Shown: positions 22,692-35,046 of the stretch, piece by piece
How the letters are laid out: the number at the start of each line of letters is the position of its first letter
How positions within the stretch are numbered: position 1 is the first letter of the stretch
Source of the DNA: Phaeosaccion multiseriatum
Lineage: Eukaryota; Protista; Ochrophyta, other classes
Length of the DNA: 64,000 nt
Direction of reading: 5' to 3'
Assembly (NCBI GenBank): GCA_965112735.1
Contig: OZ218964.1
Span: forward strand, 1,674,001-1,738,000
Notes under the pieces: generated by a model
Told to the model about the DNA's origin: nothing
The model's database searches: none
Seen by the model: the letters and a program-made list of their open reading frames with translations, nothing else
Program-made: the position numbers and the translations under genes

Positions 22692-23671
22692 TTACTGAAC
22701 GAGGTTGGCGAGCAGCTCCTTTCCGTTGACAAGCTCCTGTGCCCACATGCCCACAATGGCGAACATGGCCAGGCGCCCGTTGTTGATCTCCTTGTTGCGA
22801 GCCTCCAAGAACTTCTCCTCGTCGTTGACAATGTTGAAGGGGTCGAAGCCGAGGTCGCCGATGGTGGCGGAGCTGGACACGGTGGCCACTCCGGTCATGG
22901 AGTCGAGGGCCGTGTACTGGGTCAGCAGCTGCTTGGACTCAATGAGGCCAGCCAGGAACAGGGAGGCAACCCAGAAGTCGGGGTAGTAGGCGTTGATGAT
23001 CTGGTAGTGGCCGATGGCGGGGCCAATGTCAGCTACTCCCGGGGCGGGGAAGAAGGGGTGGAAGTTCTCCTGGACCAGCATGCCGAGGGTGGCAACCATG
23101 GCGACGCGTCCGTGCTTGAGCTCCGCGCTCTGGTAGTTGGCGAAGGTGGCCTCGTCGACCTCATCAGCGAGTCCGAGCGGGTCCCATGCTCCCAGAGGGG
23201 AGATGGCTCCGGGGAGGCCCTCAAGAGCGACCATCTTGAGGTTGGAGGTGGAGCGGACAGCGGCCTTGGGTGCCACGGCCCGTCCGGTGATGGAGGGCGC
23301 CATGAAGGCGGAGGCTCCACCTGAGAAGATAGGATTAAGGAGGAGGAAGTACGTCAGATGGGCGGAGCTTCCTTGCCAAGCGCGCCGAGATTCAGCGCAG
23401 TAAATTACTACTTTCGCATTGCGTATTCGCTGCACGCCGCCCATGCCATCGCGACACTGCCTGTCTGCCACATCTGCACTGTGCCCCCCTCCCATGCCAC
23501 CAGTGTCTCAGTTCAGGTCCGGGAGAATGCCCGCGGCAACGCTTTCCAGTCCAAGGCTTTCAAACCCGCCGTTACTCCGCAGTCCTCTGATTCACCGCTC
23601 TTCCCTCCCGCTGTTCTTCCACACTCACCAGCGGAGGCAAGGGCGAGGGCGACGGCGCAGGTAGTCTTCAT
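22692..23671 (-). CDS. Lhcx: Lhcx copy 4
   Basis: Protein identical to copy 3. Confidence 0.92.
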
Positions 23672-23829
23672 GTTGTTGGGTGATTGGTAAAAACTGATAG
23701 ATGAGTAAAGTCTTTGTGAATAGTGAGGGGATGAAAACCCTGTGAGCTCCGAACCACCCGCCAAAACCACCTAAGGGACCGCGTACGTGTCAAGCACGAA
23801 TCCGAATCGTCGCCAGAGATTGAGTGGAC

Positions 23830-24200
23830 GATTATGAGGGGGGGCGGGAATGGCGGAAGCTCTCCCTGATGAGCATGCCGAGAGTGAAAAAACCATGGCG
23901 AAGAACTCAGTGCTTGAGCTCCGTGGCCTGGCAGCTCGCGAAGGTGACCCCGTCGAGCTCAGCGGCCAGCACGAACAGTTTCACCATAACAAGATAACAA
24001 GAGAACTGGCTCTGTTGAGAGAGGGGGACAAAACTGAGAGTTGAGCGGGAAGGGGAGCGAGCAGCGGCGCCACGGCCGGTCCGGTGATGGCGGGATGCAT
24101 GAAGGTTGAGGCTAAGTAAGGGGAGGTGGCTGGAGAAGCAAGGCGGTGAAAACGGCGGCACGGCCGGTCCGGTGATGGCGGGATGCATGAAGGTTGAGGC
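23830..24200 (-). pseudogene. Decayed Lhcx 5' half
   Basis: Copy of 20330-20700. Confidence 0.8.
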
Positions 24201-24279
24201 TAAGTAAGGGGAGGAGGCTGGAGAAGCAAGGCGGTGAAAACAGGAGAGGTGAAAATGTGGGGTAGTGGTGTGCGTCCAA

Positions 24280-25065
24280 CTGACGGCTCCACTGCCCTTC
24301 TCCCCCCCGAGGTGAGCGGGACTAGGTAATTGGATGGGGTAGGGTGGAGAGGGCCGTATGTGGTGCTTTGAGAAGCAGGGCTGTCGTGCGTCCGTCCATC
24401 GGTGTGGAGGGGGAACCGAGGGCAGCAGACAGCAGCCCTCCCTCAGCCCCTCCCTCCCGGATGTCGCTGCGTGTCGCACTCTCTCTGACTCGACCCACCT
24501 TCTCCTCCCTTTTCTTTGTCTCTCTTGCCTTTGGTCTTGTCCTCCTCCCTTCTGTCAGACGGCCGAGAAGTATGACCAGATGCCCATCGACGCCATCCTC
24601 CGGGCCAGACTGCGGGCCTGGCTACCTCCCGTCGTACCACCCCTGACGATCCGTTTAGTCTTACTTCTGGTGCAACGAGTCGCTCCCCTTCCACGTCGAC
24701 TGCCGGGCTTCGTCTGGCGAGGCCTGTGACGGTGCTATCTCTCAGATGTACTTCCAGTACCAGTACCAGCCCGCAGGTGTGTTCGTTCTGGTCTCCTGGG
24801 CGTTCCTGTTTGTGCTCTGCGTCGCGTTTGTACCGTGTCGTTCGTACGAGGACTTTGCTGTGCGTTTGGGTTTTACTCCCCACCCCTCACCCTATGTCCC
24901 GCGCCCCTCCCTGTTTCCCCTGCCTTGTCAGGCATCTACTCTCACGTGCTTTGCCGACCCCGACCTGTCCGCGGCCGGTAGCAACCCGCGATCCGCCTCC
25001 AAGGTGAGCATGGACATGGTCCAGGGCGCGCAGGCAAACTGTGGTGGATGTCAGCGGCCTCAGTC
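24280..25065 (+). pseudogene. Decayed ATPase exon 7-9 relic
   Basis: Copy of 20781-21565. Confidence 0.88.
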
Positions 25066-25228
25066 ACGTCATGAGCGCTGCAGTGATATGGGGCTTGAGC
25101 TACGACAAGTGGAGGTGGAATGGTGCTTGGTCAGCATTGGGGTTGTGTTGTTCTGTGCTGTGTGTGTGTGTGTGGGAGGCCTCGCGGATATTACCTGATT
25201 GCATTCATGTTCCCCTTGACGTGGATAC

Positions 25229-25585
25229 TGAGTGAGGAGATGCGTAGTACTATCTATCCCAAGTAGGCAGATACGAAGGAGTAGAACGCGTCTGTATTCA
25301 TACTGAGCAAGCTGCAGGACCACACGATATGTACTTCCTACGGGGAGCTGAACCGGTGTCGGCCGGTTTGCCCTCATGTCTACGGATACATCTGTGGATA
25401 TCATTCCCTTTCCATGCCATTTGTGATCTGCGAATTACTGACGCATGTCAGGAGCTCGGGTTCCTCTCTCAGAGAGCCTGGTTGTGTAAGGACAGGGCGG
25501 CCAGCAGGCTTGCTCTCGGGTTAAGCTGTATTGATACCCGTACCAGTACCTCACACTTGTCTAGTAGTCTAATGGACTATTTACA
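25229..25585 (+). mobile_element. Solo LTR (amplified copy)
   Basis: Copy of 18241-18597. Confidence 0.7.
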
Positions 25586-26179
25586 ATATGGGTGGATACC
25601 CAACTGGGGAGGTTGGTACGTAAGGCGTTACGTAAGGCGTTACGTAAGGAGTACGTCATGGTACGTGACTCCCCATCTCAGAAAATGGCCTAGCAGCAGG
25701 GCTTACAAACGGGTACATAAAAAGCCTAATGCACGTATGTACGTACGATCCACTTTCTTGTGTAAGAGCCTGAGTCCCTTGCTCATCTTCATATATGACG
25801 AGTGCACATCATGCGCTGACCTCACCCGAGACTTTGTTTACATCATGCGCTGACCTCACCCGAGACTCCGTTCATCGCCTAATGGTGATGATTCTAAACT
25901 GCGCCTAAGTCTGCTCAGCTGGACTTGCTACTCTTAGTTGCTTGTTGAGTGAGGAAAGCATCACAGGGGGGAGGGCTACGCGTTTCTCTTTCGTGTTGTC
26001 GCAGATGGAAGAGGAAGTAAAGAGTCTTTGGTTGTAGTGAAAGTTAAAGCGACTTCATTTTAGTGATTTTAGTGAAAGCTTTTTCATCGCCTAATGGTGA
26101 TGATTCTAAAGTCTAAGCTGTATGTACATGACAAAAGATGAAACAAAAATTGAAGACAAAAAAGAACTAAGCAGTGAGT

Positions 26180-27160
26180 TTACTGAACGAGGTTGGCGAG
26201 CAGCTCCTTTCCGTTGACAAGCTCCTGTGCCCACATGCCCACAATGGCGAACATGGCCAGGCGCCCGTTGTTGATCTCCTTGTTGCGAGCCTCCAAGAAC
26301 TTCTCCTCGTCGTTGACAATGTTGAAGGGGTCGAAGCCGAGGTCGCCGATGGTGGCGGAGCTGGACACGGTGGCCACTCCGGTCATGGAGTCGAGGGCCG
26401 TGTACTGGGTCAGCAGCTGCTTGGACTCAATGAGGCCAGCCAGGAACAGGGAGGCAACCCAGAAGTCGGGGTAGTAGGCGTTGATGATCTGGTAGTGGCC
26501 GATGGCGGGGCCAATGTCAGCTACTCCCGGGGCGGGGAAGAAGGGGTGGAAGTTCTCCTGGACCAGCATGCCGAGGGTGGCAACCATGGCGACGCGTCCG
26601 TGCTTGAGCTCCGCGCTCTGGTAGTTGGCGAAGGTGGCCTCGTCGACCTCATCAGCGAGTCCGAGCGGGTCCCATGCTCCCAGAGGGGAGATGGCTCCGG
26701 GGAGGCCCTCAAGAGCGACCATCTTGAGGTTGGAGGTGGAGCGGACAGCGGCCTTGGGTGCCACGGCCCGTCCGGTGATGGAGGGCGCCATGAAGGCGGA
26801 GGCTCCACCTGAGAAGATAGGATTAAGGAGGAGGAAGTACGTCAGATGGGCGGAGCTTCCTTGCCAAGCGCGCCGAGATTCAGCGCAGTAAATTTACTAC
26901 TTTCGCATTGCGTATTCGCTGCACGCCGCCCATGCCATCGCGACACTGCCTGTCTGCCACATCTGCACTGTGCCCCCCTCCCATGCCACCAGTGTCTCAG
27001 TTCAGGTCCGGGAGAATGCCCGCGGCAACGCTTTCCAGTCCAAGGCTTTCAAACCCGCCGTTACTCCGCAGTCCTCTGATTCACCGCTCTTCCCTCCCGC
27101 TGTTCTTCCACACTCACCAGCGGAGGCAAGGGCGAGGGCGACGGCGCAGGTAGTCTTCAT
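26180..27160 (-). CDS. Lhcx: Lhcx copy 5
   Basis: Protein identical to copy 3. Confidence 0.92.
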
Positions 27161-27317
27161 GTTGTTGGGGATTGGTAAAAACTGATAGATGAGTAAAGTC
27201 TTTGTGAATAGTGAGGGGATGAAAACCCTGTGAGCTCCGAACCACCCGCCAAAACCACCTAAGGGACCGCGTACGTGTCAAGCACGAATCCGAATCGTCG
27301 CCAGAGATTGAGTGGAC

Positions 27318-27585
27318 GATTATGAGGGGGGGCGGGAATGGCGGAAGCTCTCCCTGATGAGCATGCCGAGAGTGAAAAAACCATGGCGAAGAACTCAGTG
27401 CTTGAGCTCCGTGGCCTGGCAGCTCGCGAAGGTGACCCCGTCGAGCTCAGCGGCCAGCACGAACAGTTTCACCATAACAAGAGAACTGGCTCTGTCGAGC
27501 GGGAAAAAATCGAAGTGGGAAGGGGAGCGAGCAGCGGCGCCACGGCCGGTCCGGTGATGGAGGGATGCATGAAGGTTGAGGCTAA
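27318..27585 (-). pseudogene. Decayed Lhcx 5' half (array boundary)
   Basis: LAAELDGVTFASCQATELKH*. Confidence 0.8.
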
Positions 27586-27861
27586 GTAAGGGGAGGAGGC
27601 TGGAGAAGCGAGGCGGTGAAAAGAGGAGAGGAGAAGAGAAAAGGTGGAGTAATCGACGGCTCCCGTCCTGCTTGCCCAGCCTCATGCTTTGTTGCACCTG
27701 TCATTATATATTATATATGCATATGCAGGTCTTTCCTCTCCTCCCATCTCCTACACACCTCCCGGTAGCCCCTGTACGATAGCCAGCGAGGGAGCAAGCC
27801 AGTCAGTCAAGTCAGTTAGTCAGTCAGTCAGTCAGTCAAGTCAGTCAGTCAAGTCAGTCAG

Positions 27862-29360
27862 TCACGTCTCGCTGGTGGTGGTGGTGGTGGTGGTGGTGGT
27901 GGTGGTGCTAGTCTCCATCTTCCACAAGCGGACGGAGCGATCGTCGCTGACGCTGGCAAACACCTTGGTGTCTCCAGGTCTCCAAGCTAGGGCATTGACC
28001 GGGCCGGAGTGGCCTGGCAGGACGGACAGTAAGCTGCCATCCTCTGCAGCCCAAACGTAGACTTGGCTGCTTGCGCGCGACGAAGGGCAAAGAGCAAATT
28101 GCAAAGTGCGCACGAACGTGAGATGACTGCAAGCGAACAAACAAGCAAACAAATCTCGTCTCATCACATCGCATCGAAGCCAGAAGCTGCTTGGGCGAGA
28201 GGGTGTGTGTGTGTGTGTGTGCGAGAGAGAGAGAGAGAGACGACCAGAGCGTGGAGGGGTGCAGAGCGGAGGCCCTGTCTACTGAGCAAGACGCAAAGCC
28301 ATCGCCGTCGGCCTGGCCCGCTCGGATACAGCAAGGCGTCGCCACCTCTACGCAAGAGATGGGACAAGGGATGCACATAAGCGTGCTTGCCCCTCCCATC
28401 CCATCGCATCGCATCCCCAGCACGTTCACCTTCACTGTCAGTCTTTCGGTAACACAAGCAAGCCATTGTGCTGCACCCCGTGCCCCACCCCCGACCCTGA
28501 CCGGCACCACACCTGCCCTACACCTGTGTACACACCTGTCCTCGCTGCCGCTCACTACGAGGCGGTCTCCCTCGGATCCAAAGGCGGAAGCGATGACGTA
28601 CTTCTTCTGTCTATGGCCCACGTACTCAACCAGCGCCTCCCCCTCAGCGGTGCCCCAGAGAATGATCTTCTCCTCCATTGTGTGCAGCAGGAGGTACTCG
28701 GCGTCCTGCCCAGAGAGAGTACAGAGAGAGAGGGAGAGTGAGAGAGTAGAGGGGGAGAGAGAGAGAGAAGACAGAGGACACGTAGAGAGAGAGGAGATGA
28801 GAAAAGAGAGAGAGCACAGGGAGACAGAGAGAGAGAGAAGAGACACGCAGAAAAAGAGAAGAGATGGAGAAAGAGAGGAGAGAGAGAACAGAGGGAGCGG
28901 GAGAAGGGGCGGCACAGTGCCAGGACATTGACAAGAGATGGGCGCCCATCAAATGAGGGCGGAACGCGAACATGACTCCATGCGCTTGCGTGGCCCGCGT
29001 GAGAGGCGGACACGCTACAAGAACTCCCCCCCTGAACTCCCCCCCTTCCCCTCTGACCACCCCACATCCTCAGAACGACACCGTGGCTTAAGAGCGGTGC
29101 GGTGTCTGGGGCGGTACCATACACGCCACCTCTCCCGCCCCGCGCCTCCGGTTGTCTCGTGGCAGCACAAAGAAGCTCTCACCTTGGACAGGGCGAGGTG
29201 GGAGATGAGGGCGTCCGGAAAGACAAAGTCCTGTCGCTCCTTCAGTCTCCATCTGATCATCTTGCTCTTCTTCCTTCGGGGCATGCGCTGGTCGCTCTTG
29301 CTTCCCCCTCCCTCGTCTTGCACTGAGGCGTTTGGCTTGGAAGAGCCGCCTACCCTGCTA

Positions 29361-29395
<35 letters not shown>

Positions 29396-32113
29396 ACTGC
29401 CGTTGTTGGCTCCGCAAATGCCTCTCGCGTCCCTCTTTCCTCCACACCCCTGACTAGACCCACTGCGCGGGGCTGGCTGGCTCACACCCGCCGCCTCCTC
29501 TTCCTCTTCCCCTTCCTCCTCCTCCTCCTCCTCCTCCTCCTCGCCTACGTCATGCATGCTGACGTCGTCATCGTCGTCACTGTCGTCGTCCTCCTCTCCA
29601 CCCTCTTCCTCTTCTTCACGGGCATCGCCGCTCTCACGGTCACTGTCGGTATCAGAGGACACCGAAGCAACTTCTTCCTCTTCTTCCTCCTCTACCTTGG
29701 CTTTCTTCTTTGACGAGTCTCTTCCGCGGGAGCCTCGTCGCCTAGGGCTGCTGCTACTGCTGCTGCTACTGCTACTGCTGCTGCTGCAGCTGCTGACACT
29801 GCCCATTCTACGACGCCTGCCCTTGTCGTTACTGCCATCACTGCTACTACTGCTGGTACATCTCATGCGGCCACCACCACCGCTGCTGCTGCCGCCGCTA
29901 CCACCGCTGCTGCTGCCGCCGCTACCACCACCAATGCTGCTACTGCTACTGCTGATAAAGCACTCCAGCGAGAAAACGCACAAGGTCCGCTCACCGCAGA
30001 TGACGTACAAACTGCGGCCATCCCCGCTGAGCGCAAGGCAGTTCACGCGCAGGCCCCGCCACACCGCCATCCGCTCGCCTGCCAGGCTCCACACTGCAAC
30101 CATCCTGTCCAGACCCCCGCTTACAAAGCCAGACCCGTCAGGCAGCCACGCAATGCCCGTAACAATGTCGCTGTGGAGCTCCATCGACACAAAGCTGTTC
30201 CCCGTTACCGTATCCCAAACGTCCACCCCCCCGCCCCCACCACCGCAGCTCAGCAGTAACTTGTCGTTGGGGCTCCAGGACACCATGCTCGCGCCTTCTC
30301 CCGGGCATTGGAGAGTGTGCACCACTTGCTCAGATGCAACATCCCAAAGCAAGATGGCCCTTTCGAAGCGAGGCAGAGACAGACAGACAGACAGGCCGAC
30401 AGACAGACAGACAGAGAGAGAGAGAGAGAGAGAGAGGGAGGGGGGGGGGAGTAATACACCGAAGGCAAAGTAGGGGTGGGGGTGAGGTAATCGGGACGTT
30501 GGAAGTGCAAGGGCCTTCCCCAGGCAATCATATGCATGCATGTGCGTGTGTGCGTGTCCACTAACCTGTCGGCAGAGGCGGTGGCGAGCAGCTTGCCACT
30601 GTGGGAGAAAGCCAAGCACCACACCTCCTCGTCGTGACCCGTCAGCAGCGAAGAGCTGAAGCTGGGGGTCGAGTCGGTAGAGTGGCGGCAGCGCAAATGC
30701 AAATCCTCTCGTGGAAAGTTGCCGTACCCCTCCTCCTGTCCCGCTACTGTCGGGGCTCGCCCTCCTCCTCTTCTCGCTTCCCCTTTGCCTCCTCCTCCTC
30801 CTCCTCCTCCTCCTCCTCCTCCTCCTCCTCCTCCTCCTCCTCCTCCTACCCTTCGCCCGCTTCTCCCCCGCCGCGCCCCGCCGCCCGGTAGGAGCCTCCC
30901 CCCGCCTCCCACCCTTCTCGAGCGCATCGCCGAAGGACAAGAATGCACGTTCGGGTCCACTTGACAGGGGAGGGCTGCAGTGTGGGCCACGGCCGAACAG
31001 ACCAGGCGCTGAAGCTGTCCCTCGGGGATGCACTGCCAGGGAGGGAGTAGGGCTTGTATTCGGGCCAGCGCCGCCTGCGGAGGGATTGGGGGGGGGGGGT
31101 GGCAAGGGGTGTGGGTAAAAGGGGGGAAGGACTGGCACAAACGGCTGGCACACTTTCCGTCCCTTTTGGTGAGCGATGATACATCGAGCCTCGAACATGT
31201 GAAGCCAGAGGCAGTTGGCATCAGCACAGAGCCCTGACATATAGCCTAGGAAGCAAGCACACACCCCCAATCCTAGCAGTGAACAACGTATGCGTCATCG
31301 CCTCCTGTGCGCCCTGTGCCCACCCTGCCCACCTACCTGCCTAGAGCCGTTCTCGACGCCTCTCCACTTGGACGCCGACCGCAACTCTTCCTTGGCGGGG
31401 CACATGAGCAGCGCAGCCAGGTTATGCAGTCTCCTCGGCTCGATGCCCTCTATGGTGGACAGCTGATTTCGCAGCACCTCCAGGGCTCCTGAGACGTCTT
31501 CGGTATCGAGCCTCTCCATGTATTCCTCCTGAAAGCCCAGTCAGTGTAGCGCAGCAAGCAGAGCAAGAGGGACGTTCGTCCGTCACGTGAGAATTTGACG
31601 GGAGAATGGAAAGGACCTCGTAGCTTGAGCACCGCATCCCCACCCACAATCACCCCATGGAGGGAAGGAACTATGACTCCATGAGCTGGAGGTCAGGGGT
31701 CAAAATGAACAAAATAAATGGACAAGGGGGAAGGCTGCCGCTGCCCCGTCGCCCCACCGCCCCTGTCCCAGTCGACTTGCCTGTAAGACCAGCAGCCGAG
31801 CATGCCTGCTCGCGGCCTCCGAGTCGAAGGCGATGCCCTCCTCCAACAGGCGCAGACTCCGCTGCCACTGGCCCGCCAGCACAGCGGAGGACAACGCCTG
31901 CAGTGGCTCGCTCTCCAGCTTCACGCCCGCTTCCTCCTCCAGCGCCTGGGCCGCCTTCACCATGCCCAGGCTTGAGCAGGCCGAGAGCATCAGCCGGACG
32001 AGGTTGGTTTTGCTCACTGCATCGGCATCGGCGGGGGCGGCTTCTTCGTCTCGCCTGGCTGACCCTGCCGCAGCAGCCGCCACCGCAGCCGCCGTCCCTG
32101 TCGCGGATGCCAT
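27862..32113 (-). CDS. WDR26: WDR26/GID7-like CTLH-complex subunit (LisH, CTLH, WD40), ~6 exons
   Basis: LVRLMLSACSSLGMVKAAQALEEEAG (LisH), AVLAGQW, EEYMERL, LTGHDEEVWCLAFSHSGKLLATASAD, VSWSPNDKLLLSCG, YVGHRQKKYVIASAFG, SGSED, LPGHSGPVNALAWRP, ASVSDDRSVRLW. Confidence 0.88.
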
Positions 32114-32427
32114 AGGACGACGCTTACTGGCGACTTTGGAGAGACTTTACGCGAGGAAGAGGGCAGAACTCTCTACTTCCCCCCCCCCTTCTCATGTGAG
32201 CTGTGTGAGCTCGGATGGTAACTTCCTTTCCAATTTGTAGTACTCAACAACCTCCGCTTTGACTCGAGAGAAGTGAGTAGAGGAGGAGAAGGAGAAGAGG
32301 AAACTGTATCGTGCGTGTGCAGCAAGCAAGCAGTGCTGTGGGGGGTGCTCTGGGTGTAGCAGTTCCAGTCTAGTAAGCTCACAACCCAGGAATAAGCAGT
32401 GATTCCAGTGAGAGGGGAATTCAAAGA

Positions 32428-33558
32428 ATGGCAAGTGCACAAGCAGTAGTAGCAGTAGGAGAGGAGGAGGTAGAAGACGTGTGGGATGACGACGCAATCT
32501 TGAGGGCTTTTGACAATGCGCTGAGCTCACACCGCCTCCAAAGCCAAGCAGGCGAGGTAAGTGGAGGGTCGAGGACAACCCCCTGTGTGTCTCTCTCACC
32601 TTTAATCCCCTCCTTGCCCTCTTTTCAGGAGAGAAAGGGGGACAAGCAAGAAGCTGCTGGTGGAAAGGTGAGAAGCGTGTCAGGAAACCATTATCTTCTC
32701 TCTGTATCCCGCACTCCTCCTCCCCTCTTACTCTGCTCTGCTGCTTCCACTGGAAAGGCCGCCCGCGATGGGGAGAGCTCAACTGGAGGAGGAGGAGCCG
32801 ATATGGGAGAGTTCGACGCGGCAGACAGTCGATTCTCCAAGCTGCTGCAGCGAGGAAGCAAGGCAAGGGAGCAAGAAGGCATTCCCGGAGAGTGGGAGAC
32901 TGTGGTGGTCACGCCACCATCCGTCGGTCGCGGGCATGCGCAGCAGCAGCCAGTAACTGCAGACGCCGTATCGCCGGAGGAGCAGGCATGGCAGCAGCAG
33001 CAAGAGCGTGCGGCCTGGCAGGAATACTATCAGCAGCAACAGCAACAGCAGCAGCCCGCCGGCCCCCCTCCCCACCACGCTCCACGAGAGGCGCTGAGCA
33101 TGATCCAAGACGACGCACTCGCAGACCTCCTCCTGGCGTGGTACTACAGGTGAGAGCAGAGCATAAGCATACTTGATTGAGGCTTCTAATAGGGTCGCTA
33201 AGGGTCGCGCGCCATGTGTCGGTCTCGGAAGGCCAGCAGGACCTTGACGTTGCTCGACCCCCCGCCCCAGCAACAGGAGTTCTTTGGGGCAGGACAGAGA
33301 TGTGCCCAGTCGCGCCACGTGCTTGTTTACAAGGGGAGGGGCAAACAACACGTGACTAGCCTTCTTTCCTACCCTGTTCGATAACGCCGTGCCTTTTGGT
33401 GTTTTCTTTCCTCCCCCCTCTCGACCACCCCAACCACCAGCGGCTACTACACGGGCAAGTACACAGAGCGTCGCGAGGCGGCGGCCAGAAGCGGTGCCCA
33501 TCTCCCTCCTGCTCCGCCCCCTCCTCCCCCTCCTCCGAGGGGTCCTCTCCACCCCTGA
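32428..33558 (+). CDS. SMN: Survival motor neuron (SMN)-like protein; exons 32428-32556, 32629-32667, 32758-33149, 33441-33558
   Basis: N-terminal Gemin2-binding motif DVWDDDAILRAFDNAL; C-terminal YG box DLLLAWYYSGYYTGKY formed across the 33150-33440 intron. Confidence 0.85.
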
Positions 33559-33940
33559 GGAGACTGGGGGAGCTCCGGAAAGAACAAGAGCCCACTCGGC
33601 GCGAGCACGCAGGACGCCTACTTGCTTCTTCCTTCTCGCAAAGGAGGCAGCACGACGCGGGCGCTGCCGGTTCTTTCTTCTCCACGGGCCTGAAGCTGAT
33701 CCAACGAGAGTTGATCCAGAGGTCAGCCTGCGCCGCTGAGGGCGGGGTGGACAAAGAGGCAAGGGGACAGGAGAAGGGGACCAGGGCCGTCCGTCCGCGA
33801 CCGGTCCACGAGGCGATGGATGCGCTGCTGCGGTGTGTTGTCTGGGGGGGGGGGCGAGATACGTACACACTCAGTACGCACTCAGTACGCCCATTGCCTG
33901 ACCTTTGCCCTGCGTGGGATGGGAACCAGTCACAAACACA

Positions 33941-33942
<2 letters not shown>

Positions 33943-34010
<68 letters not shown>
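33943..34010. repeat. (CA)n microsatellite
   Basis: Direct reading. Confidence 0.95.
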
Positions 34011-35046
34011 ACACAAGAGAGAGAAGAGAGAGAGAGAAGGGGGAGAGATGGTGGCATGTGCGACGGTCGGTTTGGAGCTGCGCATTGCGGCTAGCGTGGT
34101 GCCTTTAGCTGAGCAGGAGAGCATCCCTGTCTGCTTGGCTCCCGTTGAGCGACGCGCCAACGCGTTTCCGTGTGAGGAAAGAGCGTAAGCCGACGTCACT
34201 CCCTCTAGGGTACGGTAAGTTGTCGAGTCGAGGTGTGGAGGGAGTTGTCGCGTGAAGGACCACTCTCTACCCACATCCCGTTGTTACCGCGTGCAACAGA
34301 GACTTACGTGAGTATTTGAGTGAATGAAAGGGGAGATAATTCTACAGCCGTGTGTTGAGCCCTTGCCGCGGTCGAGAGAAGGCAGAGGAGACGCGTGTTC
34401 AAGGTCTATGTGTGTATGCATGTAAAGTACGCATGAGAGACGGAAAGAGGCGCGTTCAATTTCTATGCATGTAAAGTAGGTACTATATATTGATACAAGA
34501 AATGCTTCACTCTTGCCAGCTCCACTCTGTTCTTTCTATACTACGGAGTGGGAATACCAAGAGAGCAACTCGGGGAGGGGAATACCAGATCGTTCTAAGG
34601 CCCCTCGCCCCACGGGCCCATTCATCCGTCTCCACCTCCTCCTTCCATACGCACTCCCCTCTCTGCTCCCCCCCCCCCCCTCTTCCTCTGCTCGGGTTTG
34701 AGCGTCGACAACACCGACCGCTCGATTTTGAGATGATGTAGTTCGACCGAGAAAAAAAAATAGCTCCCCCCTCCCACGGCCTAAATTGTGTGAACAGTGA
34801 ATGAGGAAATATTATGTGCTCGGGTGTGTGAGGAGGGGGGGGGGGTGGTGGTTTGAGAGAGGGAAGGGGGTCGACCATAACAGAACACGTCCGCCCTACC
34901 CAACGGCCCGCCCTCTGATGATGTGCTGCAGCTGCGTCGTCTCGCTTCCACAATTGCCTCCCCCTCCCACCTCCCAACTCGCGCTAGAGACGCGCGCCCG
35001 CGGGGATGATGCTGAGGGTGCGCGCGCGCGTTCATGCGCGGAACAT

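Larger units (their letters stand above)
17952..27640. repeat. Near-identical tandem segmental repeat, period 3489-3499 bp (units start ~17952, 21441, 24940; third incomplete)
   Basis: Lhcx stops at 19192, 22692, 26180. Differences I could see are an 11-bp duplication (~22190-22211), a 1-bp indel and a few substitutions. Confidence 0.95.

Noticed and set aside
33560-34300. Possible small minus-strand gene after SMN
   Set aside because: Splice-like signals exist but no consistent frame or recognisable motif
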